A stretch of 38,506 nucleotides of DNA from Octopus bimaculoides (Eukaryota): positions 27,250,559 to 27,289,064 of the forward strand of contig NC_069003.1 of NCBI RefSeq assembly GCF_001194135.2, written 5' to 3'. The notes beneath the pieces were generated by a model. That model ran no database searches, was not told the DNA's origin, and saw only the letters and a list, made by a program, of their open reading frames with translations. The position numbers and the translations under genes were made by a program. This document shows positions 1 to 12,911 of this stretch, piece after piece. Numbering within the stretch: position 1 is the stretch's first letter; each line of letters opens with the position of its first letter.

Positions 1-563
1 CAAACTTCATATCTGCGCATTTTCTGATTTTCATTCAAATCGTGTGGTACCCATTTGTCGAGCTCTTCTGATATTCCAATAGCATGCAAATGGTTGTAGG
101 TAGCTTTCTGGCTAACTTGAAGTTCTTTTGTCAGTTCTCGAGTGGTTTTACGTGGATCTTTAATTGACCGTCATCGATGACAGATGGGCGTCCACTACGC
201 TCACGACCTTCAAAGCTCAGGTCTCCACTGCGAAATCGTTTAAACCATTTTCGAGCTGACCACTCACTGGTCATTTCCTCACCAAACATTTCATTGATGT
301 CGCAAGCAGTTTCAGCTACTTTACGTCCCTTTTTGAAGTTGAATAGCAAAATTGCTCGAATATCAGTTCCATTTCAGATTATTGTAACAACGGTGAAAAA
401 AATATCAATGTTAATTTATTGATGCATTTGGTCAAGTCTACATCTGTATTATCAGACAATTGCCAAAAAAAAAAAATGTTTAAAAACAATTCAAAACTCT
501 GCAAAAATCCAGTACAAATTCTTCATGGCTCAAAACGTTGCTTACTTTTTACTCAACCCGATA
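1..563 (-). mobile_element. Mariner (Hsmar1/SETMAR-like) transposon relic: left TIR plus frameshifted N-terminal transposase, running off the window start
   Basis: Minus translation IRAILLFNFKKGRKVAETA...WFKRFRSGDLSFEGRERSGRPS, then after a frameshift TTRELTKELQVSQKATYNHLHAIG...LDKWVPHDL (WVPHEL motif). TIR-like TATCGGGTTGAGTAAAAAGTAA at 542-563 with TA. Confidence 0.92.
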
Positions 564-1266
564 CTTCCATATACGTACTAATGCTCGGACTCATACACAC
601 GCGCGCGTGCGCACGCACACATATACATATGTATATATATATATATATATTTATACATATATATACACACACACACATATATACATAATACATATATATA
701 TATATACACACCAACATACATATACATATATGCACATATACGTTAGGCGTGGGTCTGTATATATATATATATATCACAATGGTATCATAACGTGGTTATC
801 AGTTCAACATCTGAAAAAACAAATAACTGTGAGTGTTACCGCATCAACAATGAGATGAATGGCAAGATAGATAAATGGATGAGAGAAATCTTTGTTTTCG
901 AACCACCATTTTGTTTCATTTGTTTGTTTTTTAGTTTCTTATTTCATTTACCAAAGAATTGTATCGGACATGACGATAAGGAAATAGGGTGTATTTCTTG
1001 AAGTTCTGTAGTTCTTTGCAGATGAGACAAAGGTATGTGTGGGAGAGAAGATGAGTAAATGAATGCGAGTAATAATGCTGTTTTTAAGTTCGTAGCAGTT
1101 TCGGTTGTTCGTGTTAAAAATGGCAGAAAGTGCCGCAACACTTGTGCGTTGTTTCTTATGCAAAATACCAGGAGAATATCGCCGACGGAAAGTAGTTCAC
1201 TATGAACTATCCCCCGTTGCGACAGAGTGACTCAGTTTGTAATCATACGAGAAAATCACTCAACAA

Positions 1267-1664
1267 CAGGGGTTTTCAAACTTTTTGACTTGCGGACCCC
1301 TTTATATTTCAAGCTTTACCTTAGGGAACCCCTTATAAACGCTTATGAAATTTATACATAAATATTTGCTTAAAATAGCATATATTTTTATATTTATTTA
1401 TTTANNNNNNNNNNNNNNNNNNNNNNNNNNNNNNNNNNNNNNNNNNNNNNNNNNNNNNNNNNNNNNNNNNNNNNNNNNNNNNNNNNNNNNNNNNNNNNNN
1501 NNNNNNNNNNNNNNNNNNNNNNNNNNNNNNNNNNNNNNNNNNNNNNNNNNNNNNNNNNNNNNNNNNNNNNNNATTGCCCATAAAAAGTATTTGCTGTCCA
1601 CGGACCCCCTGTCTTGTTCTTGCGGACCCCCTGTGTTCCGCGGACCACAGTTTGAAAACCCCTG
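1267..1664. mobile_element. hAT (Charlie-type) non-autonomous MITE spanning an N gap
   Basis: Perfect 16-bp TIRs CAGGGGTTTTCAAACT (1267-1282) / AGTTTGAAAACCCCTG (1649-1664). Degenerate 8-bp TSD CTCAACAA/CTCTACAT. Subterminal GCGGACCCC repeats. Confidence 0.88.
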
Positions 1665-1825
1665 CTCTACATTGTTTGGTTGTTATCATTTTCATAAGGT
1701 TTGTGGGTACGAATTTTGTATACCAATATTGTCGGGAAAGAAAAAGATTAAATGCAAGATATAGAGTTTTTAAATGACTGAAATAACAAGTAATTAAAAA
1801 CTCGACATTTCATGTTAAACGACCT

Positions 1826-1955
1826 GATACTTAGCGGCGCTTTGTCTGTATTTACGTTCTGAATTCAAATTCTCCCAAGGTCGACTTTGCCTTCCATTCT
1901 TACGAGGTCGATAAAATAAGTACCGATGATTTCGATTTAATACTTTCCCCGAAAT
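1826..1955 (+). mobile_element. tRNA-derived SINE family A, partial
   Basis: ACGTTCTGAATTCAAATT...GGTCGACTTTGCCTTCCATTCTTACGAGGTCGATAAAATAAGTACC matches the other family A copies in the window. Confidence 0.85.
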
Positions 1956-2494
1956 TACTGTTTTTTTCTTACCAAAATTGTACGAATGCATCATGGATGA
2001 TGTGAAGACAAAAGGAAGAAAAAAAATCCCAGAAAATGTAGAAAAGCATGAATCGAGCGCCAGTTGCATATGAGTCTGTAGGTTATGATGTATGAAGCGT
2101 TGTAACGAAGGTGAGCTGCAGAAAATATAACATTGCTCACTTACAAGGCTTATACATGTCTCACCATGTGGCTGACATGATGTTTGCAGAACGAAAACTA
2201 CTGTTAACTGAACGAAGGAACATGAAGAGCAGTTGTTAAGAGTTTCTGCATTTCAAGTATACTGCAGAATGCGCACGAAAAAAAGAACGGGCGTAAAAGC
2301 AAAGAGAACATATTGATATTCGTGTTGTGTGCGCCAAGAACAGTGTTAGTGTATATATATATATATATATATGTGTATATATATGTATAGCGGCGTAAAT
2401 CAGAGAATTTGGAAGACAAACGCAGAAACAAAGGCACACAGATACACACACACACACATACACACACACACACATATACACGCACACACACGCA

Positions 2495-2641
2495 GTACGT
2501 AACTGGTATTTATTTAATCGACCCCGAAAGGATGAAAGGCAAAGTCGACCTCAGCGGAATTTGACCTCCGAACGTAATGGCAGACGAAATACCTCTAAGC
2601 ATTTCGCCCGCGTGCTAACAGTTCTGCCAGCTCACCGCCCT
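2495..2641 (-). mobile_element. SINE family A
   Basis: Head GGCGGTGAGCTGGCAGAA...GTTAGCACG, B-box-like segment and GGGGTCGATTAAATAAATACCAGTTA body on the minus strand. Confidence 0.9.
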
Positions 2642-3319
2642 TTTCAGGTATATCTATTAACCGGAAGATAATATTGCAGTGCAACGATTTTCGCAAGAAT
2701 TCCACAGTTTAATATAAAAATGCACCTGATGTCGCTCAATCATTCGAGTATGTTTTATCAGATGCAAAATATAGTTAACCCATCTACAGATGGAAATACA
2801 TCCACGTGTCTCACAGTATTACATTACTGTTACTAAATCTACAGATATGGCAATCAAATTTAGAAGATTTCAAAAGAATTTTGTTTTGCGAGAAAAAACT
2901 GAAATTTTTGGTCGGTTGTTTATTAGGAGGAATAATATAATTCGAAGAATCGTATTACATGAAATGAGCCAAAGATGAAGATGTGGAAGATTACGTTTAG
3001 CCAATCTTGTGAGCAAGGATTGAGAGAGGCAAACGTTTTAGCTGAACGTATATGAGAGTACCCTGTATCAGAGTTTTTATTTGCTGTTTTCCGCCGCCCA
3101 ATTTAAGAGCTCAAAAGTAACACTATATTCATGGGAAATGTGACAGCCATGTTCTCTCCAGTGATTGCAGGCAAACTCTGTTAGTCACTCAAAGAGTACA
3201 ATTACTTATCTGTTGAGGGCATGCTTCAACTAAACCTTGATTTGGGGACCAGGCGAAGCTTAATCTTTCTAACATATAAGTAAAGCTTAATAGACATATC
3301 TTGGCAACTCAGTTTGAAG

Positions 3320-3378
3320 ATGTTTTACTTCAAAAGTTTTGGGGACAATGTTTTACTTCAAGTGTTTTGGGGACAATG
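3320..3378 (+). repeat. 28-bp tandem duplication (2 copies)
   Basis: ATGTTTTACTTCAAAAGTTTTGGGGACA / ATGTTTTACTTCAAGTGTTTTGGGGACA. Confidence 0.9.
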
Positions 3379-3384
3379 GTCAGC

Positions 3385-3615
3385 TCCAGTTGGAATTAAG
3401 CCTTGAGCAAGACACTTTATTTCACGTTGCTCACTCCTCACAGCCGGCAAAAACTATGTATTACCTATATTTCTAAGGGCCAGCCTTCTCACATCGTGTG
3501 TCACGCTGAGAAGTACGTTAAGAGTATTCGTGTCTGTGGAGTGCTCAACCGCTTTGTACGTTAATTTCACGAGCAGGCTGTTCCGTTGATCGGATCGATT
3601 GGAACCCTCGACGTC
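3385..3615 (+). mobile_element. SINE family C (CORE-like centre), truncated by gap
   Basis: CCTTGAGCAAGACACTTTATTTCACGTTGCTC and GTGTCTGTGGAGTGCTCA...GTTGATCGGATC, shared with copies at 21.1 kb and 31.7 kb. Confidence 0.85.
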
Positions 3616-4450
3616 NNNNNNNNNNNNNNNNNNNNNNNNNNNNNNNNNNNNNNNNNNNNNNNNNNNNNNNNNNNNNNNNNNNNNNNNNNNNNNNNNNNNN
3701 NNNNNNNNNNNNNNNNNNNNNNNNNNNNNNNNNNNNNNNNNNNNNNNNNNNNNNNNNNNNNNNNNNNNNNNNNNNNNNNNNNNNNNNNNNNNNNNNNNNN
3801 NNNNNNNNNNNNNNNNNNNNNNNNNNNNNNNNNNNNNNNNNNNNNNNNNNNNNNNNNNNNNNNNNNNNNNNNNNNNNNNNNNNNNNNNNNNNNNNNNNNN
3901 NNNNNNNNNNNNNNNNNNNNNNNNNNNNNNNNNNNNNNNNNNNNNNNNNNNNNNNNNNNNNNNNNNNNNNNNNNNNNNNNNNNNNNNNNNNNNNNNNNNN
4001 NNNNNNNNNNNNNNNNNNNNNNNNNNNNNNNNNNNNNNNNNNNNNNNNNNNNNNNNNNNNNNNNNNNNNNNNNNNNNNNNNNNNNNNNNNNNNNNNNNNN
4101 NNNNNNNNNNNNNNNNNNNNNNNNNNNNNNNNNNNNNNNNNNNNNNNNNNNNNNNNNNNNNNNNNNNNNNNNNNNNNNNNNNNNNNNNNNNNNNNNNNNN
4201 NNNNNNNNNNNNNNNNNNNNNNNNNNNNNNNNNNNNNNNNNNNNNNNNNNNNNNNNNNNNNNNNNNNNNNNNNNNNNNNNNNNNNNNNNNNNNNNNNNNN
4301 NNNNNNNNNNNNNNNNNNNNNNNNNNNNNNNNNNNNNNNNNNNNNNNNNNNNNNNNNNNNNNNNNNNNNNNNNNNNNNNNNNNNNNNNNNNNNNNNNNNN
4401 NNNNNNNNNNNNNNNNNNNNNNNNNNNNNNNNNNNNNNNNNNNNNNNNNN

Positions 4451-4496
<46 letters not shown>

Positions 4497-4642
4497 GGTG
4501 GTGGTGGTGGTTTATTTTCATCAATTACAGTAGGCGAAAAGTAATGATGACCATGACGACGACAGTGATGAATGATGATGATTTCGACAATGACGACGAC
4601 GATGGGGATGATGGTGATGGGGATGGTGTGGCGCTGATGGTC

Positions 4643-4684
<42 letters not shown>

Positions 4685-4942
4685 AGAATGATGATAATTT
4701 AGAATGATGATGACAATGATGATGATGATGATGATGACGATGTTGAGGATGATGATGATGATAAAGGTAACGATAGGAGGAAGGGTAGGAGGAGGAGGAG
4801 GACAATGCTGACGACGACGATGACTGACGACAACGACGACGACAATGATGATGATGATAAGGATCATCATCATCATCATCATCACCATCATCATTATCAT
4901 CATCTAGTCGTCGTCGTCGTCGTCGTCATCGCCATCATCATG
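4451..4942. repeat. Compound trinucleotide microsatellite (GAT/GGT/GAC/GGA/CAT/CGT)
   Basis: Visible directly; source of the poly-H/M/I pseudo-ORFs. Confidence 0.95.
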
Positions 4943-5156
4943 AAAGAAAATAGAAATGGCCAGAGTTGTCCTTATATATGACTTGAAATAATTTAAGCGT
5001 TCAGAACTAATATAACCACCATAAACTAATAGAGTGACCAACCCTTTCAGATACTTTTAGTATATAATATAATAACCAATAATAATCATTACAGCCACAA
5101 ATATCCTTTATCGTTATTAATACTAAGGTACTGTAATTACTGAGGTACTATAAATA

Positions 5157-5372
5157 TTGGTTCCACATTTTTGTATTGGGCCGGCAATTTTGAGGGAGAA
5201 GAAAATCAATTACATCGAACCCCGTAGTCAACTGGTTCTTATTTTATCGCTCCCGAAAGGACCAAAGACAAAGTCGACCTCAGTGACGTTTGAACCACAG
5301 AACGTAAAGACGGATGAAATGTTGCTAAGCATTTTGTCCAGTGTGCTAACGATTCTGCCAGCTCGCCGCCTT
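5157..5372 (-). mobile_element. SINE family A, near full length with TSD
   Basis: Family A sequence flanked by AGGTACTATAAATA (5143-5156) and AGGTAGTATAAATA (5373-5386). Confidence 0.92.
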
Positions 5373-5404
5373 AGGTAGTATAAATAATGTGAGACGAGAC
5401 TAAA

Positions 5405-5620
5405 CAAGAGCTGGCAAGTTGGCGAGTGACCTACTGCAATAGATGCCAAAACATGGCTGTTCTGGGGCCAAAACATGGCCGTCCGAACACAACGTATGTA
5501 GATCGACTCACCAGAGACATTGGATGCTTCCCTGAAGATCTTCCCCAGTTAATGCAGAACCGAGATGGGTAGTGCGTGCGGGTTAAAAATATCCGAGCAA
5601 CCTCGACCAGATGATGATGT
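5405..5620 (+). mobile_element. RTE-clade LINE 3' end (5'-truncated, decayed)
   Basis: LASDLLQ*MPKHG...RPNTTYVDRLTRDIGCFPEDLPQLMQNRDG*CVRVKNIRATSTR** followed by a (GAT)n tail; resembles RTE ORF C-termini. Confidence 0.7.
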
Positions 5621-5659
5621 TGGCTATGAATACCACTGAATAATCCATTCTGCTATGAG

Positions 5660-5840
5660 AAAAAGGCCTGAAATTTGGGAAAGAGCGGGGTCAGTTGCTT
5701 ACATCGGACCCAGTGCTCAACTGGTACTTATTTTTATCGACCCAGAAAGGAAGAAACGCAGGGTTGACCTCGGCGGAATTTGAACTCAGAACGTCAAGAC
5801 ACGCGAAATGCCGCTTAGCATTTCGCCCGGCGTGCTAACG
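5660..5840 (-). mobile_element. SINE family A lacking the first ~20 nt
   Basis: Family A body and tail; abuts the tail of the next copy. Confidence 0.9.
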
Positions 5841-5849
5841 TTTTTTTTT

Positions 5850-6081
5850 ATTTCTTTATTGCTCACAAAGGGCTAAACATAGAGGGGACAAACAAGGACA
5901 GAAAAAGGGATTAAGTCAATTACATCGACCCCAGTGCATAACTGGTACTTAATTTATCGACCCCGAAAGGATGAAAGGCAAAGCCGACTTCGGCGGAATT
6001 TGAACTCAGAACGTAAAGACAGACGAAATACCGCTAAGTATTTCGCCCGGCGTGCTAACGTTTCTGCCAGCTCACCGCCTT
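5850..6081 (-). mobile_element. SINE family A, full length
   Basis: Least diverged copy: head AAGGCGGTGAGCTGGCAGAAACGTTAGCACGCCGGG through an A-rich tail. Confidence 0.93.
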
Positions 6082-6785
6082 TTCTACTAGAAATATTAGG
6101 TTGAGGAAAAGGTTCGAGCGCCGTATTAAAATAATGCTTTTTTTAAATATATTTTTGTGGTGTGTTTTCATTCAGATCATAATTCTAACACAGCGCACGA
6201 ACTTTTTTCTCCACCTAGTATTATAACAACTATAACTACGTTAGTTACAAATACTATTAGAGATACCAATTACTGAAATAGTTACCGATACTATCTACTG
6301 TAGCTTTCAATAACTATTGCAGTTGCCAATACTTAATAACTTCTTTGGTACCAACTATTGTACTAACTATTGTAACCAAAAGTATAGACACCAAATAGAA
6401 ACTAATAAAACAAGCTCTATTTCGAAGCCAAATATTAAATCTTTAAGCATTCTGTTTTAAGTAAAGATAATTATGTCTGAATAACAGACAGGGTGTTCAC
6501 AGTTGGAACGTCATTTTGATCATGGATATATTCTATCAGGACTAAACACCGCTAATAACAAAAGCAACAACTTTTACTTGTTGCTTAATCTCAGACTTTC
6601 TTTTCTTTCCCTTTTTTTTTTTTTTACAAACGTGGTGTACGTATTCAGGACCACAGTTTCCAATATATCCTTTCATATATTTACGTTGCTTTTTTAAGGA
6701 GATTTAGCTGCTATTTCTAGAGATAAATACATAAAGAAATTCGATTGTCAACAGAAAATCAGAAAATTTAACAAGAGTAAACTCA

Positions 6786-6830
6786 CACGTGACGTAAGTT
6801 ATCATATTGTTAGCTAACAAATGACGTCAT
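6786..6830. promoter_or_regulatory. Candidate cis-element cluster (E-box, CRE-like sites, 14-bp palindrome)
   Basis: CACGTG 6786-6791, TGACGTAA 6790-6797, TTGTTAGCTAACAA 6807-6820, ATGACGTCAT 6821-6830. Confidence 0.3.
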
Positions 6831-7333
6831 AGTAAAAGCAGACGAGAGACATTGGCCAGTGTGTGTTAAGATAATATGGAACGGAATTTTAACAGCTGCT
6901 AAGAAGCAGAGAAATAATTCAGGTAAGAAATTTGAACAAGTTTTTAAGGCGTAGAAAGACATGAGTGCTAAACGTTTCAAGCAAAAACCAAAATGCCTAA
7001 CAGCATAATGTTTCAATATTTAGAATAACAAAAAACAAATAGGTTAGTAAAATGTGTGGTTGAAAGAAAGAGGAAGAGAGAGCAGTAAGAGGAGAAGAGA
7101 GGAAATAGGATAATTAGGCAAAAAGCTGATCGTATTAAACTTTCAATTGACTTGTTAATTCAATAAGGGTTTTATGAAGGAAGACGAAAGGGATGATACA
7201 AAAGTAGAAATTAGAAGAAAGATTAGAAAGATTTATATCACAGTAGAAGGTAATTACCATTTGACAACCGTACAGAAATATAAGGAATTAACAGGAATAC
7301 AACATGGGTAAAGCAGGAACTTCAAATTTCGGT

Positions 7334-7335
7334 AG

Positions 7336-7394
<59 letters not shown>

Positions 7395-7410
7395 CAGACA
7401 AGCAGCAAGC

Positions 7411-7460
<50 letters not shown>
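7334..7460. repeat. (GATA)n/(GA)n microsatellite
   Basis: Visible directly. Confidence 0.95.
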
Positions 7461-8053
7461 GAAGTTTACGAAAGAAAAGAACATTCAACACATTTCTAAG
7501 AGTTTATGTTTATTTGGATGTCTGAGTGGCTTAGAATTACATAAAGGTTTCACAGAAACGAGAAAACATTCCTGATTTCTGCATTTCAAACAATAACAGA
7601 AATTTCACCGCTTCTAAGAAAGAGTAACTGTCTCGTTCTCATTGTCTGGTTCACACCACGTAGTGGAGTAGGTCATCCTCGACTGGCGTCGGCTGCTAGC
7701 CGATGGTGGCTGTTGAGCTCTTTTAGATCGGGTTGTTACTCATTAGTTGTCGGATTGGTGACTGGTGACTTATGGATTTTGAGCATAAGTAGTCTTTTTT
7801 TGTCCTTGTTACAGAGTCCTGTACTGGGAATAAAGATTATTGAGGATTATGGGAAGTTTAGGCTTATGGAAACTATTGACAGCTAATAACTTAGAAATAG
7901 TTCTGTAGTTGTCGGTAAAAAGGCAGTTCAAAACTTATGAAGAATGCACTTTGCTGTAGAGTGAAACGTATGAAATAGTATTAACAGTTAATAGTTTAAA
8001 GCTAGACAGTACTGAACCCATTTGTGACTATAAAACGACAGGTTATTTTCTTC

Positions 8054-8097
<44 letters not shown>

Positions 8098-9034
8098 CTC
8101 TCAAAAAATATTCAGCTTCTCGCAAAAAGAAAGGTTTAGTCGAGAATACTCCAGGTTATACGGGGCGGAGTGATACAATAGTCTTTGAGGTTTCAGATAA
8201 AAAGGGACAAGGAAGTGGAGTTTTCGTTGTCTTTAACACAACTAGAACCTTCTTCAGCTGGAGAACAAATAACAGATATTGTCTTTGATGTAAATTGTAT
8301 ATACCCGTCACACGGAATTCATTAAGCACAATGATTAAATATTGGATGAAAACATCTATAAATTCGGAGCTTTTGTCTCTGTAGCATTCCGTGGTAGACA
8401 TCTACATTAAAAGGAATTCTTGTTATAAATTGAAAAATGTTCCAAGCATAGGCTAAATCCGAATTTGCTTATGATTTGTTGTTGGTTAACTACTGTTAGG
8501 TAGAAGATACGAGAATTCATAGATATTTCAAATTAATATTCACACATCGTTCTACAGGCATTCAGTCACACAGATGCATACAATCTAGTTCAAGTGAAAA
8601 TATTTTATATGTTTTCCGGTTGAAGATTAACCCGCTTATGTTTCACTTACATCCGAGTAGAAGAAACGTAATCACATCCAGCGTTTATAATATATGTTTA
8701 TCGTCTGATACGAATTATGTCTGCGCTCTTAGCGCTGTATACGTATACGAGAGGATCTCTCAGGGTGAATACAGCAGTAATCAGAATTCTCACAATAAAC
8801 CCACGTTAAGTTGGATATCAATATTGCCTTTCGGTATAAAAGCTGCTTCCTTCACTAATGTTTCTTTTTTTATTTTGATGTATGTCTCGAGTAGTTTTAG
8901 CACCATTTATAACTCAATTTCTTCATGTTAAGACAAACTAAAAGACAAATGCAAAAGCAACTGCTGCTAATGAACAGAATCCTGACATGGTCGGTCTGTC
9001 AGCAACATTAACAACAAAGGACACATTGAATAAT

Positions 9035-9090
9035 GTATTCCTAGAGAGACTATACCTAAATACAAGAGAAGAGGGTGATGGCTTAAAATT
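9035..9090 (+). mobile_element. Very decayed non-LTR RT fragment
   Basis: LERLYLNTREEGDGLK resembles the DRLYLxRxxGGRGL motif seen intact at 21.9 kb. Confidence 0.4.
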
Positions 9091-10177
9091 ACTTCAATTA
9101 CTGGTCTGCTGATCTGGTGTGGTATGACATGGTATACATACCTTCATATTACATATATATGTATATATATATATATATANNNNNNNNNNNNNNNNNNNNN
9201 NNNNNNNNNNNNNNNNNNNNNNNNNNNNNNNNNNNNNNNNNNNNNNNNNNNNNNNNNNNNNNNNNNNNNNNNNNNNNNNNNNNNNNNNNNNNNNNNNNNN
9301 NNNNNNNNNNNNNNNNNNNNNNNNNNNNNNNNNNNNNNNNNNNNNNNNNNNNNNNNNNNNNNNNNNNNNNNNNNNNNNNNNNNNNNNNNNNNNNNNNNNN
9401 NNNNNNNNNNNNNNNNNNNNNNNNNNNNNNNNNNNNNNNNNNNNNNNNNNNNNNNNNNNNNNNNNNNNNNNNNNNNNNNNNNNNNNNNNNNNNNNNNNNN
9501 NNNNNNNNNNNNNNNNNNNNNNNNNNNNNNNNNNNNNNNNNNNNNNNNNNNNNNNNNNNNNNNNNNNNNNNNNNNNNNNNNNNNNNNNNNNNNNNNNNNN
9601 NNNNNNNNNNNNNNNNNNNNNNNNNNNNNNNNNNNNNNNNNNNNNNNNNNNNNNNNNNNNNNNNNNNNNNNNNNNNNNNNNNNNNNNNNNNNNNNNNNNN
9701 NNNNNNNNNNNNNNNNNNNNNNNNNNNNNNNNNNNNNNNNNNNNNNNNNNNNNNNNNNNNNNNNNNNNNNNNNNNNNNNNNNNNNNNNNNNNNNNNNNNN
9801 NNNNNNNNNNNNNNNNNNNNNNNNNNNNNNNNNNNNNNNNNNNNNNNNNNNNNNNNNNNNNNNNNNNNNNNNNNNNNNNNNNNNNNNNNNNNNNNNNNNN
9901 NNNNNNNNNNNNNNNNNNNNNNNNNNNNNNNNNNNNNNNNNNNNNNNNNNNNNNNNNNNNNNNNNNNNNNNNNNNNNNNNNNNNNNNNNNNNNNNNNNNN
10001 NNNNNNNNNNNNNNNNNNNNNNNNNNNNNNNNNNNNNNNNNNNNNNNNNNNNNNNNNNNNNNNNNNNNNNNNNNNNNNNNNNNNNNNNNNNNNNNNNNNN
10101 NNNNNNNNNNNNNNNNNNNNNNNNNNNNNNNNNNNNNNNNNNNNNNNNNNNNNNNNNNNNNNNNNNNNNNNNNNNNN

Positions 10178-10216
<39 letters not shown>

Positions 10217-10639
10217 ACATACATATATATATGTATATATATATATATACATATACATACAGTATATGGTGTTATATGATATTCCATGTTCTGATGTAAT
10301 GTGCTATGCCATGGTTTTAGTGTTGTCTGGTGTGATTTGATATGGTATGATATACTATAATCTTGCATGGATAAGTTATAATAGGATTTAGACTGTATAT
10401 CCATAATATCCATTCTCAGTTGAATGGATATTAATATTCTGGCGAAATTAAGGATGAGTCTGAAGGAATCCGGTAAATTCCACGCCACTGGCTGTTCGAT
10501 ATTATCAGTCTTTTACTGAGAGGTATCGAACTGGAATCAAATTAACTACTGTGGATAATGTAATTATTACACAATGTCTACGCTTTTGCATCTTTAGGCT
10601 ATGCGATGTCTGCGTATCTCTGCATGTTTCTTTGTGTGT

Positions 10640-10695
<56 letters not shown>

Positions 10696-11145
10696 NNNNN
10701 NNNNNNNNNNNNNNNNNNNNNNNNNNNNNNNNNNNNNNNNNNNNNNNNNNNNNNNNNNNNNNNNNNNNNNNNNNNNNNNNNNNNNNNNNNNNNNNNNNNN
10801 NNNNNNNNNNNNNNNNNNNNNNNNNNNNNNNNNNNNNNNNNNNNNNNNNNNNNNNNNNNNNNNNNNNNNNNNNNNNNNNNNNNNNNNNNNNNNNNNNNNN
10901 NNNNNNNNNNNNNNNNNNNNNNNNNNNNNNNNNNNNNNNNNNNNNNNNNNNNNNNNNNNNNNNNNNNNNNNNNNNNNNNNNNNNNNNNNNNNNNNNNNNN
11001 NNNNNNNNNNNNNNNNNNNNNNNNNNNNNNNNNNNNNNNNNNNNNNNNNNNNNNNNNNNNNNNNNNNNNNNNNNNNNNNNNNNNNNNNNNNNNNNNNNNN
11101 NNNNNNNNNNNNNNNNNNNNNNNNNNNNNNNNNNNNNNNNNNNNN

Positions 11146-11182
<37 letters not shown>

Positions 11183-11419
11183 CATACATACATACATACA
11201 GATAGGTGCACTAAGATATGTAGCACATTGCCTAAATAACAAACTTGAGAAATGTGGTTTCTCAAAAACAAGAAAGGAGAAAGATGACTTGACGCCATAT
11301 CCAAGCTATCACTGGAACTGTAAAAATCTGTAAAACTTTCCAAAAGTTTATCATTTAAATATATATATGAGCATGTCTAGATATGCAATTACATGCATGA
11401 GGAGACATATATAAAACAA

Positions 11420-11530
11420 AGAATCGGTCATCCCAGGGCCAAAATAGAAATCAATTATCCAAAGTGCCACGCTGTGGAATTGAACCCCAAACCACGTGGT
11501 TGCTAGGCGTGTTTTTTGACCACACTGCCG
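11420..11530 (-). mobile_element. SINE family B head/CORE fragment
   Basis: Minus GTGTGGTC...CAACCACGTGGTTTGGGGTTCAATTCCACAGCGTGGCACTTTGG. Confidence 0.7.
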
Positions 11531-11744
11531 TGGCAGTTTTTGCAAATTCTTACTCATACAAAACTATTCTTTGATAACAGAAAATATCTATTTTTGGAAT
11601 TGCAATGATTAATCACCAGACCTAGTTACCATAGTTAGTGCCACACTAGAATATGGTAAAATAATCAGATAACATTTTCTTAGTATTCTTTGCAGAATAA
11701 ATATGTATTTCAAAGGCGTCATTGATCAGTTTATTCTTTTAGAC

Positions 11745-12170
11745 TTTAGCTTGTTTGAGTCATTAGGCTGCAGCCATACTGGAGCACCGCATTGCAAAGC
11801 TTTGAACGTGGTATCGCAGTCCAAAGAAACTAGTCGATCCTGGTTGTTCAACCTAATAGAAAAGCTGACAAAAGTTCTCCCTTCTTAAACGGTTCGGTCA
11901 CGCTTGTTCAACCTTCTAGAAACAGAAGCCGAACAATCTCACAAATCACACTCAACATTCTTTAACTTCTCAGTACCAGTTGATCAATCTGCAAGAAATA
12001 ACAGTCAATAGCTCTCTCTCAACTCACACTCTACCCTCTTAAACTGCTAGGTCTCGCTTTTTCAACCTGTTAGATACAGCAGCCAATAGTTCTCACAAAT
12101 CACCTTCTGACATTTCAAAAAAGAGCAGAAGACTTTAGATAATGCAGTCCAGGTTGCATAGTGCCTGAAA
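11745..12170. mobile_element. SINE-derived mosaic: family B 3' end (minus) plus three degenerate TTCAACCT..TAGA..AGC.G.C.AA units
   Basis: CTGCAGCCATACTGGAGCACCGC, then repeated TTCAACCT motifs at ~11847, ~11907 and ~12061. Confidence 0.55.
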
Positions 12171-12849
12171 ACAAGGGAGGGAATGAACACATCAGGAATA
12201 CATTTAATCATTAATTTACTGAATCAAGGTTGGTCTACCGCTAATCAATTAACAATCGTAACAACATTTGATATTGGGATGTTCGGTGAGTTTAACAAAC
12301 ATTTAGACCAGACCTCAGTTAACCTGCCTGTCTATGTTATTTCCTGTGAATGCTGACCTGCGGATATTGAGTACGCTCAGGTCACGTCTAAAAGGAGGGG
12401 AGACTACAACGATTTTGTAGCCACTATTTCCCTTCGTCTTCGTTTAAACAACAGCGAAATGGCCCTTACATAAAGGTATGAATTACATACATTCCATTCA
12501 CCTACCTGTTTAGTATAAAATAAATAAATAAATAAATAAAAATAAAAGTTGTTTGCCTTTTGTAGTCTTAGAGAAAAGAAAAAGGGCAACTATCAAAAAT
12601 CGATAACGAAGTTAATGAGATGATGTAATCAATAGCTGTATCATAATGGCTACTCACTATACATGTTCAATATATTATATATATATACCGGAATACAATC
12701 AGAATAATGTTGGCTATTGATCAATATTTTCACTTGCTATACAATGTTAATAGAACTAAGAGTACCTTATTATATACACACTTCCCTCCACTAACATCTC
12801 TCATTTAGTACAGTCCGCTTGGTTCATTTAGACAGACACAGCTAATTTC

Positions 12850-12911
<62 letters not shown>

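Noticed and set aside
5850-6081. tRNA genes (A/B-box-like motifs in SINE heads)
   Set aside because: No cloverleaf; the heads continue into SINE bodies and are dispersed repeats.
8058-8401. Short ORFs on both strands with a faint IYIKDNI (APE endonuclease-like) word
   Set aside because: Similarity too weak, and no convincing splice-bounded frame.
12354-12390. TGACCTG...CAGGTCA small inverted repeat
   Set aside because: A 7-bp stem is expected by chance.
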